From assembly GCA_951406725.2 (NCBI GenBank), contig OX597829.1, positions 48,732,001 to 48,796,000 on the forward strand: a stretch of DNA of 64,000 bases, given 5' to 3'. Below, one piece after another: positions 1 through 12,999 of the stretch. Numbering within the stretch: the first letter of the stretch is position 1; every line of letters starts with the position of its first letter. This DNA comes from Octopus vulgaris. Lineage: Eukaryota. The notes beneath the pieces were generated by a model, which saw only the letters and a program-made list of their open reading frames with translations, made no database searches and was not told the origin of the DNA. Position numbers and translations under genes: made by a program.

Positions 1-54
1 CATAAAATGGGTGGAATATTTGGGCCGGATATGGCCGGTTTAAATGCTAAAGGG
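1..54 (-). mobile_element. Terminal part of a piggyBac-like MITE (same family as 38420-38642)
   Basis: Ends ...GGCCGGTTTAAATGCTAAAGGG followed by TTAA (55-58). Its reverse complement matches the start of 38420-38642. Confidence 0.75.
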
Positions 55-299
55 TTAAAGTCTTCTCTATCCTGTTTTTTCATGAGATATTTTGTAGCTA
101 TCTCCTGCTCTTGGATTGCAAAAAGCACAGCCTTTGAAATGTGATGTAATGGTCATGAGTCCAAGAGAGGCTATACTTTATGGTGTTTTGGAAATACTCA
201 GTTACAAAGTCAATTTTTAACTGCACAGTTCTGCTTGTGCCTGTCACACGATTTTCAAGACTAAGTTTTCAGAATATTTATTGTAATCTGGCACATATA

Positions 300-1186
300 C
301 TAGGTGGTATCAAAAAGTCCCCGGACTAGTTCTGTAGCATGCCAACAGATGGCAGCACATGGTTACATGTGCAGTGATAGCTAGCAGTGACCTTCATGAA
401 GCAGTATGCTGAGTGATATCGCTACGTTTACTTTGCAAGTTGTGGAATTTGCATTTTTGTCATCATGTGTATGCCGTAGTCTGCGATTTTGCCAAGGACA
501 GGAATTTGGAACAAAGAGCCAGCACGAAATTTTGCATTAAACTCAGGAAGTCTACAGAGAAATTGATCATGCTTTGGCAAGCTTATGGCGATGAGGCAAT
601 GTGTCATACACAATGTTTCCAGTGGCATGGGTGTCTCAAAAGTGGAAGGACATACCTGAAAGACAACGAGCAATATGGAAGAAGCTGCCTTGGGTGTCGC
701 CTCCAGAATTATGGTATTATGCACTGAGAAATTGTCTCCTAGGGCCAGACCATCAGTCAAGAATTCTACAGCGATGTCTTGAAGTGATTGAAGGAGGACA
801 TTTGGTGAAAGTGACCAGATCTGTGTAGCATGACAGATTGGATTCTTCACGACAACAATGCACCATGTGACTGAGCTCACCCCACTTGTGAGTTTCTTAC
901 CAAAATCAACATGGCATCACTTCCTCACCTGCTCTATTCACCAGATTTAGCACCTGTGGACTTCCATCCCTTTCCCATGATGAAAATGCAGCTCAAATAT
1001 TGCTGATTTACTGCCATTGGTTGAGATCCAGAGCGGAAGAGCCTCCCAGGCTGGATTCCAAAAGTGGCAGGAATGCTGAGACTGGTGCAAGGTGACTATT
1101 TCGAAGGAGATGATGTTAGAACTTAGGTAAATAAGTTATTTATTTATTAAATACAACTAATCTAAGAACTTTTTGATATCACCTTG
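300..1186 (+). mobile_element. Internally deleted, degenerate mariner transposon
   Basis: TA flanks (298-299, 1187-1188) and imperfect ~30-bp TIRs (CTAGGTGGTATCAAAAAGT / ACTTTTTGATATCACCTTG). Transposase remnants are EQRASTKFCIKL...AYGDEAM...QCFQW...KSGR (HTH) and WILHDNNAP...YSPDLAPVDF (DDD domain end). Confidence 0.9.
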
Positions 1187-1347
1187 TATATTTTGGAGAA
1201 TTGTTCTACATTTTCACTGGTACAATATAACTATAAAATATATAGCCTCATTGAACTTGGAAAATTTTCATGTTTTTTTCATGGTTTTCATTTGTTATGC
1301 CATAAAAGAAGAGCTGTTTCCAACTTAGACATAAACATATGCATAAC

Positions 1348-1871
1348 TGCATATATATATATATATACATATATATACATACATACATACATACATACAT
1401 ACATACATACAGAGATATGTTCATACATTCATACATACATACACACACATACACACATGCATACATATACACACACATACATACATATATACATACACAC
1501 ATACATACATACACAGACACATACATACATACACACATACATACATACATACATACACACACATACACACACACATACATACATACATACATACGCACGT
1601 ACGTACATACATACATACACACATACATACATACACACACACATACACACATACATACATACATACACACATACATAAATACGCACGTACGCACATACAT
1701 ACATACACACATACATACATACACACACATACACACATACATACATACACACATACATAAATACATATGTTCATGCATGTTCATACAACACAAGATATAC
1801 ACATATTTGTGTAATACGAAGGATATGTGTGTGTGTGATAGAGAAAGAGAGAGAGAGAGTGTGTGGTGTGT

Positions 1872-1911
<40 letters not shown>
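1348..1911. repeat. Compound (AT)n/(ATAC)n/(AC)n/(GA)n/(GT)n microsatellite
   Basis: Directly visible; source of the HTYI/MYVC pseudo-ORFs. Confidence 0.95.
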
Positions 1912-1913
<2 letters not shown>

Positions 1914-2176
1914 CTTGCTTCTACTGATATAGGGAAATGAAACTTTTTATTCACATTATTTTTCAAATAATGTCTCTGGAAAAATTTTATATGCTTTGGA
2001 GAAGAAGAAAAAAATTACATACATGAAAGAAAAAAAAAATTTCAGCAGAAAAGTATTTTTTAAAAAAAAAAATTCTTAAAAGAAATATTATGTTTAATAA
2101 CATATTCTTTGTAAAAATAAAGATAAAATACAATTTTGAAATCGAATAAGATAAAATAAAATAAACAAAAAAATAA

Positions 2177-2306
<130 letters not shown>

Positions 2307-2545
2307 TAGAAAAATGGCAACAATCGACATTTTGGTTAGGAATATAAAATTTAATGCTTCTTCAGAAAATTCATTTCTCTCTTCATTTTTTGTTACTTTG
2401 CTTCATGATATCTTATAAAAAACAAAAAAATTGATTTTTGTATGAATATTTAAATTTTTGTTGTACCTTTTTTTTTTTTCCTGTTATTAAATGTATCCAC
2501 CACCATGTCGTGGATTCTATATTTTATTATTTCATTCATTTGTAG

Positions 2546-2727
2546 GACACAACATTACGTCAGTTCATTCTTACAAATCTGGTTGAGAAAGAAGGAACGG
2601 TACAGTGGCGCCTAAATCTCGATGCCATTATTACAGATTTCAAAGAGATCATGGCTTTTCCAGAGTGTGGCAATAGTTATCAGGGACCAACTCTGTTTTT
2701 AGGTGGACAAAACTCTAATTATATTGG
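2546..2727 (+). CDS. ABHD11: Alpha/beta-hydrolase domain-containing protein 11, penultimate coding exon (upstream exons lie outside the window)
   Basis: Acceptor TTTGTAG ends at 2545 and donor GTATGT starts at 2728. The 182-bp exon reads DTTLRQFILTNLVEKEGTVQWRLNLDAIITDFKEIMAFPECGNSYQGPTLFLGGQNSNYIG, matching the ABHD11 segment RQxLLTNL...WRxNLDA...FP...Y.GPTLFL.G.NS recalled from the family. Confidence 0.93.
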
Positions 2728-2859
2728 GTATGTCGTCATCATTGATCTTTTTTTTTTTTTTTTTTTTGTTTTTTTGGGGATACTTTATAGTTTTAAATTA
2801 TTGATTTGTGGCCGACAAGTTCGTACTGACATTCGTTACTGAAATCCTCTTCTTCATCC

Positions 2860-3265
2860 TCCACCACCTCACCAACACCACCACGACGATGTCTACCATG
2901 ACCTCTACCACCAACAATGCCACCATCACTGCTACTGCCACCATCACTGCTACTGCCACCATCACTGTCTTCACCACCGCCATCATGTCCACTACCGCCA
3001 TCACCACCATTGCCATCACCATCATCATAATCATCATTATCACTGTCGTTACCATCATTGCTGTTGTGGTTGTCCTCCTCCTTCTCCTCATTGTCATCAT
3101 TACCACATTACCATCACTATCACCACTACTACCACCACCACCACCACCACTACCACCACTGTTACCACTACCACAACCTCCATCACCATCAACATTGCTA
3201 CCACCATTATCATAACCACCACAACCATCACCATCACTATAACCACCACCACCACCATCATCATA

Positions 3266-3303
<38 letters not shown>

Positions 3304-3510
3304 CATCACCACCACCACCACTACCACTACTACTACTGCTGCTGCTGCTACTACTACTACTGCCCACACTACTCTCAACACCATCTTAACTACCATCATC
3401 ATCACCACCACTACCATCACCAACATAACCACTATTACAACTTCTACGCCTACTGTTGCTGCTGCTGCTGCTGCTACTACAACTACTACTACTACTACTA
3501 CTACTACTTC
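2860..3510. repeat. Compound (ACC)/(ATC)/(ACT)/(GCT) trinucleotide tract at the start of the ABHD11 intron
   Basis: Directly visible low-complexity sequence. Confidence 0.9.
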
Positions 3511-3594
3511 TTTTATTTGTTAAATTTGCCATGTAGTCCGCACACAGATAAGATAGCTTTGCGGGCTGGACACAGACATTGATGAGGCAAATAA

Positions 3595-4003
3595 TTACTC
3601 TTTTACTCTTTTACTTGTTTCAGTCATCTGACTGCGGCCATGCTGGAGCACCGCCTTTAATCGAGCAACTCGACCCCAGGACTTATTCTTTTGTAAGCCC
3701 AGTACTTATTCTATCGGTCTCTTTTGCCGAACCGCTAAGTGACGGTGACATAAACACACCAGCATCGGTTGTCAAGCAATGCCAGGGGGACAAACACAGA
3801 CACACAAACACACACACATACATATATATATACATATATACAACAGGCTTCTTTCAGTTTCCGTCTACCAAATCCACTCACAAGGCTTTGGTCAGCCCGA
3901 GGCTATAGTAGAAGACACTTGCCCAAGGTGCCACGCAGTGGGACTGAACCCGGGACCATGTGGTTGGTAAACAAGCTACTTACCACACAGCCACTCCTGT
4001 GCC
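3595..4003 (-). mobile_element. tRNA-derived SINE family A (~410 bp, central TA/TG microsatellite, (GAGTAAAA)n tail)
   Basis: Head GGCGCAGGAGTGGCTGTGTGGTAAG...GGTTCAGTCCC has A/B-box-like motifs; more than 12 near-identical copies occur in the window. Confidence 0.88.
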
Positions 4004-4654
4004 AATTATGATACAAAACTAATAAAGATGGGAGAAGACAGAAAGCGCCCGCCGACCCTCTGCTTCTCTATAACACTGTTCTTTAAAAACATCATATACA
4101 GAGGTATTGACCCTCTTACAATTTCAAATACAATATATTTGGACTAAAAAGTCCATACAATTATAAAACACAATTTATATAGAAATTGGAGGCGATAAGC
4201 CTCTACAATCCTTCCCCGAGTAATTTTCTTGCAGCTTGCAGTCATTCCTGCAACCGCAATCAGGGGCTCCGAAAAAGAGTTCTATAATTCTCGTTTTTAC
4301 ACGAGTCAATTATGAGATCACGATACTTTCTTTCCTGCACCAGAGCAGCCACCTCCGAAGGCCACACTGGGCTGTCAGTGCAGCCCAGAGTCGGTTCCCC
4401 CAGGACACGACTGTCTGTCCATATTATTCTCCACGAAACTGTCAATAGCCCCTCCCCTGAGATAGAAGAAGAACATATATTCTTCACCACTTTCAGTGGG
4501 AGGGGCCTCAACTCCCTTGCTCGGTGGCACACATCCCACTGACGAGGTTATCTTCTTCTCCCCCTCTGGTGGCACGCAACCCGCTGAAGGGGTTTTGGGA
4601 CATACCACCACCGGTAATGCCCCGTTTTTCTTTTTTCTCTTCTTTTTCTCCTTT

Positions 4655-5017
4655 TACTACTACTACTACTACCAACACTAACACCAACACCACCACCAGC
4701 ACCACCACTACCACTACCAGCACCACCACTACTACTACCAGCACCACTACCACCACCACCACTACCACCACCACCACCACCATCATCATCAGCACTAGCA
4801 CTACCACTCCTACTACTACCAACACCACTACCACCATCACCACCACAACCACTACCACAACGTCTATTACTACTACTACTACCAACACCAACACCATTAC
4901 CCAACAACGTCTATTACTACTACCTACTACTACCAACACCAACACCATTACCAGCAACACCACCACTACTACTACTACCAGCACTGCTACTACCACCACC
5001 ACCACCATCAGCAGCAG

Positions 5018-5085
<68 letters not shown>

Positions 5086-5160
5086 GCACGACCACCACCA
5101 CTACCATGATAACTATCACCATAATTGCTGTTGTTTTTGCTGCTGCTGTTGTTGTTTGCT
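4655..5160. repeat. Compound (ACT)/(ACC) trinucleotide tract
   Basis: Directly visible; explains the poly-T/poly-V ORFs. Confidence 0.92.
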
Positions 5161-5640
5161 GCAAGTGGTCTTATTCCGCAGAACTCCATCCACTCAAGAG
5201 ATATTTCTTTTTTTTTTTTCACCCTAGCATTATTTCATACAAAAACAAAAACAAAAACAACAAACAAAAAAAAACAAACAAAAACAGAGAGCAAAAGAGG
5301 GTATAATTTTTTTTGTTTTTATTCGCTTCATCAACAAAGGATTTCAGAATATTTAAACATCCACTCCATTATCTCCTTTGCATAGAAAAGAAAGCTCATC
5401 TAAACATTTGCTTTTACCGTGCGTAATATTCTTGCTTGGCGGCCATTCTTGTTATTTATTCATGATCCAAAATGGTTACAAATGTGTTTGCAGGAAGGGT
5501 TACTAACTGTAATTGGGGTGGAAGCAAATACACCCTTCCAAAGTTTTGAAAGCATGAAGTCTGCTTAAAAACAAGAAAAAGAAGAAAGGAAACAAATGAT
5601 GACATGCAAATTTGTGAAGAGTTCCTTATTTTTTGTCATT

Positions 5641-6302
5641 GGTGCAGCGGGCATGGCTGTGTGGTGAAGAAACTTGCTTCCCAACCATGTAATCTTGGGT
5701 TCAGTTCCACTGTGCAGTGCCTCAGGCATGTGTCTTTTCCTATGATCCCAGGCTGACCAAAGCCATGAGAGTATATTTGGCAGACAGAAACTGAAAGAGG
5801 CCTGTCATATATAAAGGACTCCCTTCGGTCATCTGCGACCATGGAACTGCACCTAGAAAGTTCCTGTCTGAGACACAATTCCAGGCAAGGTTGTTTATGG
5901 AAGACCAGCAGTCACCCATGCATACCAACCTCCCCTCTCCATGCCACTGATGTTATCCAAGAGAAAAGCAAAGGCTGATACAACTTGGCACCAGTGATGT
6001 TGCAACTCATTTCTAAAGCTGAGTGAACTGGAGCAACGTGAAATAAAGTGTCTTGCTCAAGGACACAACATACAGCTTGGTCTCGGAATCAAACTCATTA
6101 CCTATTTATAATAAATATATATTTATGTGTGTAAGTTTGTGTTTGTCTCCCATTCCTGTTTCACAACCAGTGTTGGTTTGTTACACAGCCTGTAGCGTAA
6201 CAGTTTGGAAAAAGTGACCAATTGTGTAAGTACCAGGCTTACTAAGTCTTTCAGGGCTGTGCCCCAGCATGGCCACTGTTCAAAGACTGAAGCAAGACAA
6301 AA
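5641..6302 (+). mobile_element. Diverged family-A SINE with a second SINE (~5813-6104, - strand) nested in its central TA tract
   Basis: Family-A head at 5641-5812 and body/tail at 6105-6302. The insert carries GCTGAGTGAACTGGAGCAACGTGAAATAAAGTGTCTTGCTCAAGGACACAAC, which is related to 19400-19662 and 22050-22310. Confidence 0.75.
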
Positions 6303-6772
6303 TTATATTTTAAAAAAAAGAGTGACATGTAAACCAAGCAGTTACAATAAACACAAGCGCTTAACGCATCTGACATGGAGGTTGGTTCTGCATATCAAGC
6401 TCATCATTATCTTTACTCCAAGTGTATTCTTCATCTTCATATGCCCCTAATCGTCCCCATATATGGAAAACTGCTGTTACATTCAGGTTGGTGCTCCAGC
6501 TGGTCTTCTTTGTCTTGTTAACCAAATTAAAAAAGGAATTTCTAATATTATTTACCCTTTTGAGACTGCCCTTATCTCTGTGATATGAACTTTCTGTTTT
6601 AAAATTATCTAAATTAAAACCTTCAATCAAAATTCCATGTTAATTAAAGCTAGAAACACTAACTTAATAACGGTGAAGTTACTTTATTGAATTCTTCATT
6701 ATTTTCAAAATTAATTAAAATAAAGCCAGTGTATTTCAACAGAAATATGGTTAAAAAAAAAGGGTTCATTCT

Positions 6773-6987
6773 TTATTCTTTTCTTTTATTCTTTTACTTG
6801 TTTCAGTCATTTGACTGCGGCCATGCTGGAGCACCGCCTTTAGTCGATCAAATCAACCCCCGGGACTTATTCTTTGTAAGCCCAGTACTTATTCTATCGG
6901 TCTCTTTTGCCGAACCGCTAAGTGACGGTGACATAAACACACCAGCATCGGTTGTCAAGCAATGCTAGGGGGACAAACACAGACACA

Positions 6988-7069
<82 letters not shown>

Positions 7070-7100
7070 TACATATATACGACAGGCTTCTTTCAGTTTC
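6773..7100 (-). mobile_element. 5'-truncated family-A SINE
   Basis: Near-identical to 3595-3860, then ends at CTTTCAGTTTC. Confidence 0.88.
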
Positions 7101-8055
7101 ATTATTTATTTTTTTGAAACAGTGAATCTTGAAGCAGATGATAGAGAGCTTTAAATAGTAAAATATAAATATTGGGTTGAAAACCCCTTTTGGATAGAAA
7201 AGTCAAAGACTGCTTGAGTGGGATTTGAACTCACATCTCTTGTCAACATCTATTATTTAAAACTGTATACATGTGCTTCAAGATACACTATTCCCCACCC
7301 CAAAGAATTATTTCTTGTTTTCTTAGAAGTTTATAAAATTCTTATGATGTTAACATTAATCCTCTTCTCAGTTAAAATCCAACCTTTCTCTCATATTTGG
7401 GACATTCTTTCTTTATCTTCATTCTATAAACACTTCCCATGGTTCTTGATTTGCCAAACTTTCTCTTCTTGTACTTCCTCTCAATATTTCTGTTAACTCT
7501 CGTCTTTTCACTGTTCTTGTCCACTCTTTGGCGGTGCATATTCTTGAGCATCTGTTATATGGAACAATCTCTCTTGCTTTCCAGATTAAATATAATCTTT
7601 ATTTCTTTTAAATTTTTGTATTGATCTATCAGTTCATGATTCTTAAGGTGGCTTTTCATTGGAATTTTCTTTTTTTTTAATATTCTTTATTCCTTTTTCA
7701 TTTTGTAACACTCAACACACTGAGTGGTCGCTTAATGCCTGTTTTATTGCTGGTTGTTTTGCAAATGAGAATTGCAAATCTGTGACAGGAGTAAAATTAG
7801 AATATGAATAACACAAACATAAATGAAGTGGTGAAAAAACACAAGCTTAAATTACAAAAAAAAAACCCCCAAAAAAAACAAGTGTCAGCAATAACAACAA
7901 CAGCAGCATTTCATCTTTTGCTAGCATGCTGGGGGTCAGTGGAGGAGGGGACGGTCTTGAAATGAGCTTGTTTCATGGAAGACATATGCCACAAAAAAAT
8001 ATTGCTTCTCTGCTTAAGGATTTTACCCAAGAAAGATCACGGAAGAAATGCAATT

Positions 8056-8476
8056 CTTATTTCTTTATTGCCCACAAGGGGCTAAACGTAGAGGGGACAA
8101 ACAAGGACAGACAAAGGGATTAAGTCGATTACATCGACCCCAGTGTGTAACTGGTACTTAATTTATTGACCCCACAAAAGGATGAAAGGCAAAGTCAACC
8201 TTGGCAGAATTTGAACTCAGAACATAAAGACAGATGAAATACCTATTTCTTTACTACCCACAAGGGGCTAAACACAGAGGGGACAAACAAGGACAGACAA
8301 AGGGATTAAGTCGATTACATCGACCCCAGTGTATAACTGGTACTTAATTTATCGACCCAGAAAGGATGAAAGGCAAAGTCGACCTTGGCGGAATTTGAAC
8401 TCAGAACGCAAAGACAGATGAAATACCACTAAGCATTTCGCCTGGCATACTAACCTTTCTGCCAGATCGCCACCTT
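8056..8476 (-). mobile_element. tRNA-derived SINE family B with tandemly duplicated body (dimer)
   Basis: Head GGCGGTGAGCTGGCAGAAACGTTAGC...GAGTTCAAATTCC. The body is repeated with junction GAAATACC|TATTTC at 8236-8249. Flanked by ATGCAATTCT/ATGTAATTCT (TSD-like). Confidence 0.88.
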
Positions 8477-9144
8477 ATGTAATTCTATTTTTTCCAAACA
8501 TGGAGCAAGTTTTCATATGTCCTCAAAAGATGAGTTGGAGAGAGCCCTTGTTTTTTCATGGAAATATGTGTCTATTATTTAAGTGAAGTCTGAGCATGAG
8601 GCAAGAAGACAGGTAGAGTTCATATGCTACACGTTTTCCCTCAGAATGATGCCACAGTTCATGATAAAGAAAAACAAACAACCCCAGTGGTCTGGGTATG
8701 ATGCATTGGTATAAACACTGATTTGTGGTCACCTTAGCCATCTGATCCTCCACTGTGGGGCAGGTTGTGAGTGTGGTGGGGATAAGCAACAACATGTAGA
8801 TAAATGGGGGTCTGCATGAACTTTCAGGTATTTATTATAGCTGAAACTATAAAGCTACCCCAGATTCATGTCCCATTGTGGGTGTAAAGAAGAAGCTGAT
8901 GAGAATGGTAGGTTGGCGCAGAAAGCCTAGTTGCTACATGTGCACACATGTTGTAGTAAAGACTTCTTGAGAGTTTTCTTGAGAGGAAAAAAAAGTAAAA
9001 GAGCAGACAGCAGAAGTTGTGACAACAGTAGGCCCCTGAGGTTGTTACTGCGGTAAATTTGCTACCCACTTTCTTTCTTTTTGTTTGGTTTTGTTTTTCT
9101 TTTTCTCACAAGATGATCCTAATGGCAATAACAAATACACATAT

Positions 9145-9317
9145 AGGCGTAGGAGTGGCTGTGTGGTAAGTAGCTTGCTTACCAACCACATGGTTCCAGG
9201 TTCAGTCCCACTGTGTGGCACCTTGGGCAAGCATCTTCTACTATAGCCTCATGCCAACCAAAGCCTTGTGAGTGGATTTGGTAGACGGAAACTGAAAGAA
9301 GCCTGTCGTATATATGT

Positions 9318-9353
<36 letters not shown>

Positions 9354-9561
9354 TTGTGTGTCTGTGTTTGTCCTCCCAACATCGCTTGACAACCAATGCT
9401 GGTGTGTTTATGTTCCCGTAACTTAGCAGTTCAGCAAAAGAGACCGATAGAATAAGTACTGGGCTTACAAAGAATAAGTCCCGGGGTCGATTTGGTCGAC
9501 TAAAAGGCGGTGCTCCAGCATGGCCACAGTCACATGACTGAAACAAGTGAAAGAGTAGAGT
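9145..9561 (+). mobile_element. Family-A SINE, full length
   Basis: Reverse complement of 3595-4003. Confidence 0.9.
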
Positions 9562-10176
9562 ACCACCACCTTCAACAGATCATCTTTTGCTTGCATGGTG
9601 AGCTAGAGGAAGATCTTGATATGAGCCAGTTCCTTGGAAGCAGCGTGTCACAGAAAGAAAACGTCACCTTTAGTTTTATTCTGTTCTTCTCATATTTATT
9701 TCTTCATGTCTGTGCTGTCTGTAGTCACACACTGACTAACTGACAACAGATCTGAACTATTAACTACGCACCATCCTACACTATTGTCATCACTCCTTAT
9801 ACTTTCCTTGCAAATAATCAAACCATTTTCTCTATTTCTCCTGGTCAAGTGAAACCTATGAATATCACACGTTAGTCTGAGTTCTTCATGATATCATCTT
9901 CAATTTCTGCATCGTTCTGTCTTTCTCCCAGAGATCACCTACAATTCCTTTGAATATCTCTGTTCTATAATTCATTCTGGATATTGTTCATATGTTTATC
10001 GCTAATCTCATGTTTCTTTGATTTTTAGCACAAATTCTAATCTTCACTTTGAGCTGTTTCCTTGATTTTGTTGAATTCCTGTTGTATTCCTGTATCAATT
10101 TCACACAATGTCTTTTATTACCACCCACAAATGCTATACCATGTATTGGCACCATCTTTCCTCTTTTTATTATGAA

Positions 10177-10574
10177 CTAGCAGTATCGCCCGGCGTTGCT
10201 CGGGTTTGTAAGGAAATAACTATATAAGCATTTTTAGAGAGTAATAGCCAAAAAATAGCAAAAAAATGCATTAAAAATGGAAGAAAATGATGGTAATTTT
10301 TTTTTAAATCGTTGACTCATCGTAGACATTTTTAGAGAGTTACTTCCCTTATATAATAGCGAAAAAATGCATTAAAATGGGAAAAAATGATGGTAAATTA
10401 TTTTTAAAATCGTAGACTCATTGTAGACGCGCGCTAATACCCAGAAGGGCTCGATATGAATCATGACTATAAGATACTCGGTTTCGGTTAAACTGCACCG
10501 CAAAATGTGGGAGTAGTTAGGAATCTAAATCGTAGGAGACAGACAGCACACAACCTCTCTTTTATATATAAAGA
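10177..10574 (-). mobile_element. Non-autonomous Helitron
   Basis: On the - strand it starts TC(TTTATATATAAAA) and ends with hairpin CCCGAGCAACGCCGGG + CGATACTG + CTAG followed by T. No TSD. Confidence 0.85.
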
Positions 10575-11086
10575 CTAGCAGTATCGCCCGGTGTTGCTCG
10601 GGTTTGTAAGGGAAATAACTATATAAGCATTTTTAGAGAGTTACTTCCCTTATAGATGCTAATTCGGGCTTTCTTAGCCATTTTTGTTTTGGTGTCTTCA
10701 AGCCATGAAGTCGTTGTTCTAAAAGAACGCTGGTCTCCTTCACAACGCATTACGACGTTGATTTCTTTACACTCCCTTCCCCACAGCTTCACGAGGGAGG
10801 GAAGGGGGAGAAGCAAACAGGTGCAGCTGTGAGCGTGGACGCCAACTCCGCCGCCATCGACACACGATGCATTTTATGCATTAAAATGGAATAAAAAATG
10901 ATGTTAAATTATTTTTAAAATCGTAGACTCATCGTTGACGCGCGCTAATAGTCAGACGGGCTCGATATGAATCACGACTATAAGATACCCGAATTTGGTT
11001 AAACTGCACCGCAATATGTGGGAGGAGTTAGGAATCTAAATCGAAGGGGACAGACACTCACACAACTAGAGTTTTATATATATAGA
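10575..11086 (-). mobile_element. Non-autonomous Helitron (variant with extra ~215-bp internal segment), fused head-to-tail to the previous copy
   Basis: 5' TC at 11086-11085 preceded by A; 3' CTAG at 10578-10575 directly abuts the TC of the neighbouring copy. Confidence 0.85.
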
Positions 11087-11094
11087 TATACCAA

Positions 11095-11312
11095 GGCAAT
11101 GAGCTGGCAGAATTTCTGGTGCATCAAACAAAATGTTTAGCTGTATTTCTTCTGGTTCTTTACATTCTGAGTTCAAATTCTGCTGAGGTCTGCTTCGCCT
11201 TTCATCCTTTCGGGATTGATAAAATAAAGTGCCTGTCAAGTACTTTGGTTGATGTATTCAATTTGTGCCTTCTTCTTAAAACTGCTGGCTTCATGCCAAA
11301 ATTAGAAAGAAT
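11095..11312 (+). mobile_element. Diverged family-B SINE
   Basis: GGCAATGAGCTGGCAGAA...CTGAGTTCAAATTC...CCTTTCATCCTTTCGGG. Confidence 0.7.
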
Positions 11313-11499
11313 TGTGAGAATATCACAGTTTTAGTCCTGAATTCCAAGTCTTTGACTTCACCAAGGAAACGAACAGTTATAACTAAAGAATCCATCTGGT
11401 TGCCATTGTTCTGACTAGTTTGAGATCATTCATAAAAAACGAAAAAGCTGCTCCATTCATATTCAATTCTTGTCTTTTACAAGGTTGGCATCATTCATA

Positions 11500-11893
11500 T
11501 CTATATATATAAAACTGTAGTTGTGTGAGTGTCTGTCTCCTACGATTTAGATTCCTAACTACTCCCACATTTTGCGGTGCAGTTTAACCAAAACGGGTAT
11601 CTTATAGTCGTGATTCATATCGAGCCCTTCTGGGTAATAGCGCGCGTCTACGATGGGTCTACGATTTAAAAAAAATTTACCATCAATTTTTCCCATTTTT
11701 AATGCATTTTTGGCATATATAAGGGACGTAACTCTCTAAAAATTTATTATTAAATCTCAGAACGTAAAAAGCTACAGTAACACCCTCCTTTGTGGTTAGC
11801 CATATTGAGATGGCTATTATACTTTACATCTCTAAAAATGCTTATATAGTTATTTCCCTTACAAACCTGAGCAACGCCGGGCGATACTGCTAG
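11500..11893 (+). mobile_element. Non-autonomous Helitron
   Basis: A|TC...hairpin...CTAG|T, inserted exactly in an AT dinucleotide. Confidence 0.88.
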
Positions 11894-12019
11894 TAAAATA
11901 TAAAACAAAAAGGTGATGTGCTACCATCTTGGAAGATCCTTGTTCTTCTTTGAATTTTGCCTAGTACCTCTTCTCATGTTGTCAATTCAGTCTTTTGTGA
12001 ACGCATAACAATGAATTCT

Positions 12020-12224
12020 TGTTTCTTTATTGCCCACAAGAGGCTTAAACATAGAGGGGACAAACAAGGACAGACAAAAGGATTAAGTTGATTACATCGA
12101 CCCCAGTGCGTAACTGGTAGTTAATTTATCGACCCCGAAAGGATGAAAGGCAAAGTCAACCTCGGCGGAATTTGAACTCCCGCTAAGCATTTTGCCCGGT
12201 GTGCTAACGTTTCTGCCAGCTCAC
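12020..12224 (-). mobile_element. Family-B SINE with 18-bp TSD
   Basis: CGCATAACAATGAATTCT at 12002-12019 and 12225-12242. Confidence 0.88.
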
Positions 12225-12429
12225 CGCATAACAATGAATTCTATCATGTTACTGGCTAAACCAAATAGTTTCATGTGTTTCCCTATCAAAGGACAAAGTA
12301 CCATATTATATGTATTTCATAATCTAAGTTGGTATCTAAATTGATATTAATTGTTGGTAAGGACACCATATTTTGTTATATGACCATAATTTACTACCAG
12401 GTATATTAAGGGATTCTAAATCAATAGTG

Positions 12430-12734
12430 GTGGAGGCACATGGCCTAGTGGTTAGAGCAGAAGACTCGCGGTCGAGGGATCGCGGGTTCGAATCTCAGAC
12501 CGGATGATGTGTGTGTTTATGAGCGAAACACCTAAGCTCCACGCGGCTCTGGCAGGAGGTAATGGCGAAACTTCTGCTGACTCTTTCGCCACAACTTTCT
12601 CTCACTCTTTCTTCCTGCTTCTTGCAGCTCACCTGCGATGGACCGGCGTCCCGTCCAGGTGGGGAACCTATACGCCAAGAAACTGGGAAACCGGGGCTTA
12701 TGAGCCAGGCATGGCTCGAGAAAGAACAAACAAC
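12430..12734 (+). mobile_element. tRNA(Arg)-like SINE family C
   Basis: A box TGGCCTAGTGG (12441), B box GGTTCGAATC (12486), TCG in the anticodon position and (AAC)n tail. TSD AAATCA(A/G)TAGTG at 12418-12429 and 12735-12746. Confidence 0.85.
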
Positions 12735-12921
12735 AAATCAGTAGTGTGCCTCTCCTGTGTTAGCAGTGCAATTAAATCATATAAAATGTAGTAACACATG
12801 AGTGCTGGCTCTAATTTCTATAGAAAATCTATAGAGATACACTTTAAAACTAAATTGTATGTCTCCTCTGACAAGCGTTCAGTGTTGATTTGTTGCTCAA
12901 TGCTCAACACCTAACCATTTA

Positions 12922-12952
<31 letters not shown>

Positions 12953-12999
12953 TTTTACGACAGCCTTTCCATTCATCAGGGATTCATTCTAGTTAGTGT

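Noticed and set aside
3579-4011. Recurrent short ORFs (FQSFDCGHAGAPP..., RSEFKFRRGRL...)
   Set aside because: These are translations of SINE families A and B repeated throughout the window.
4540-4600. CTGACGA as a hammerhead core
   Set aside because: No downstream stem II plus GAAA box.
12430-12505. Functional tRNA-Arg gene (also the tRNA-like head at 41086-41155)
   Set aside because: There is no proper acceptor stem, and the sequence continues into a SINE body with tail and TSD.
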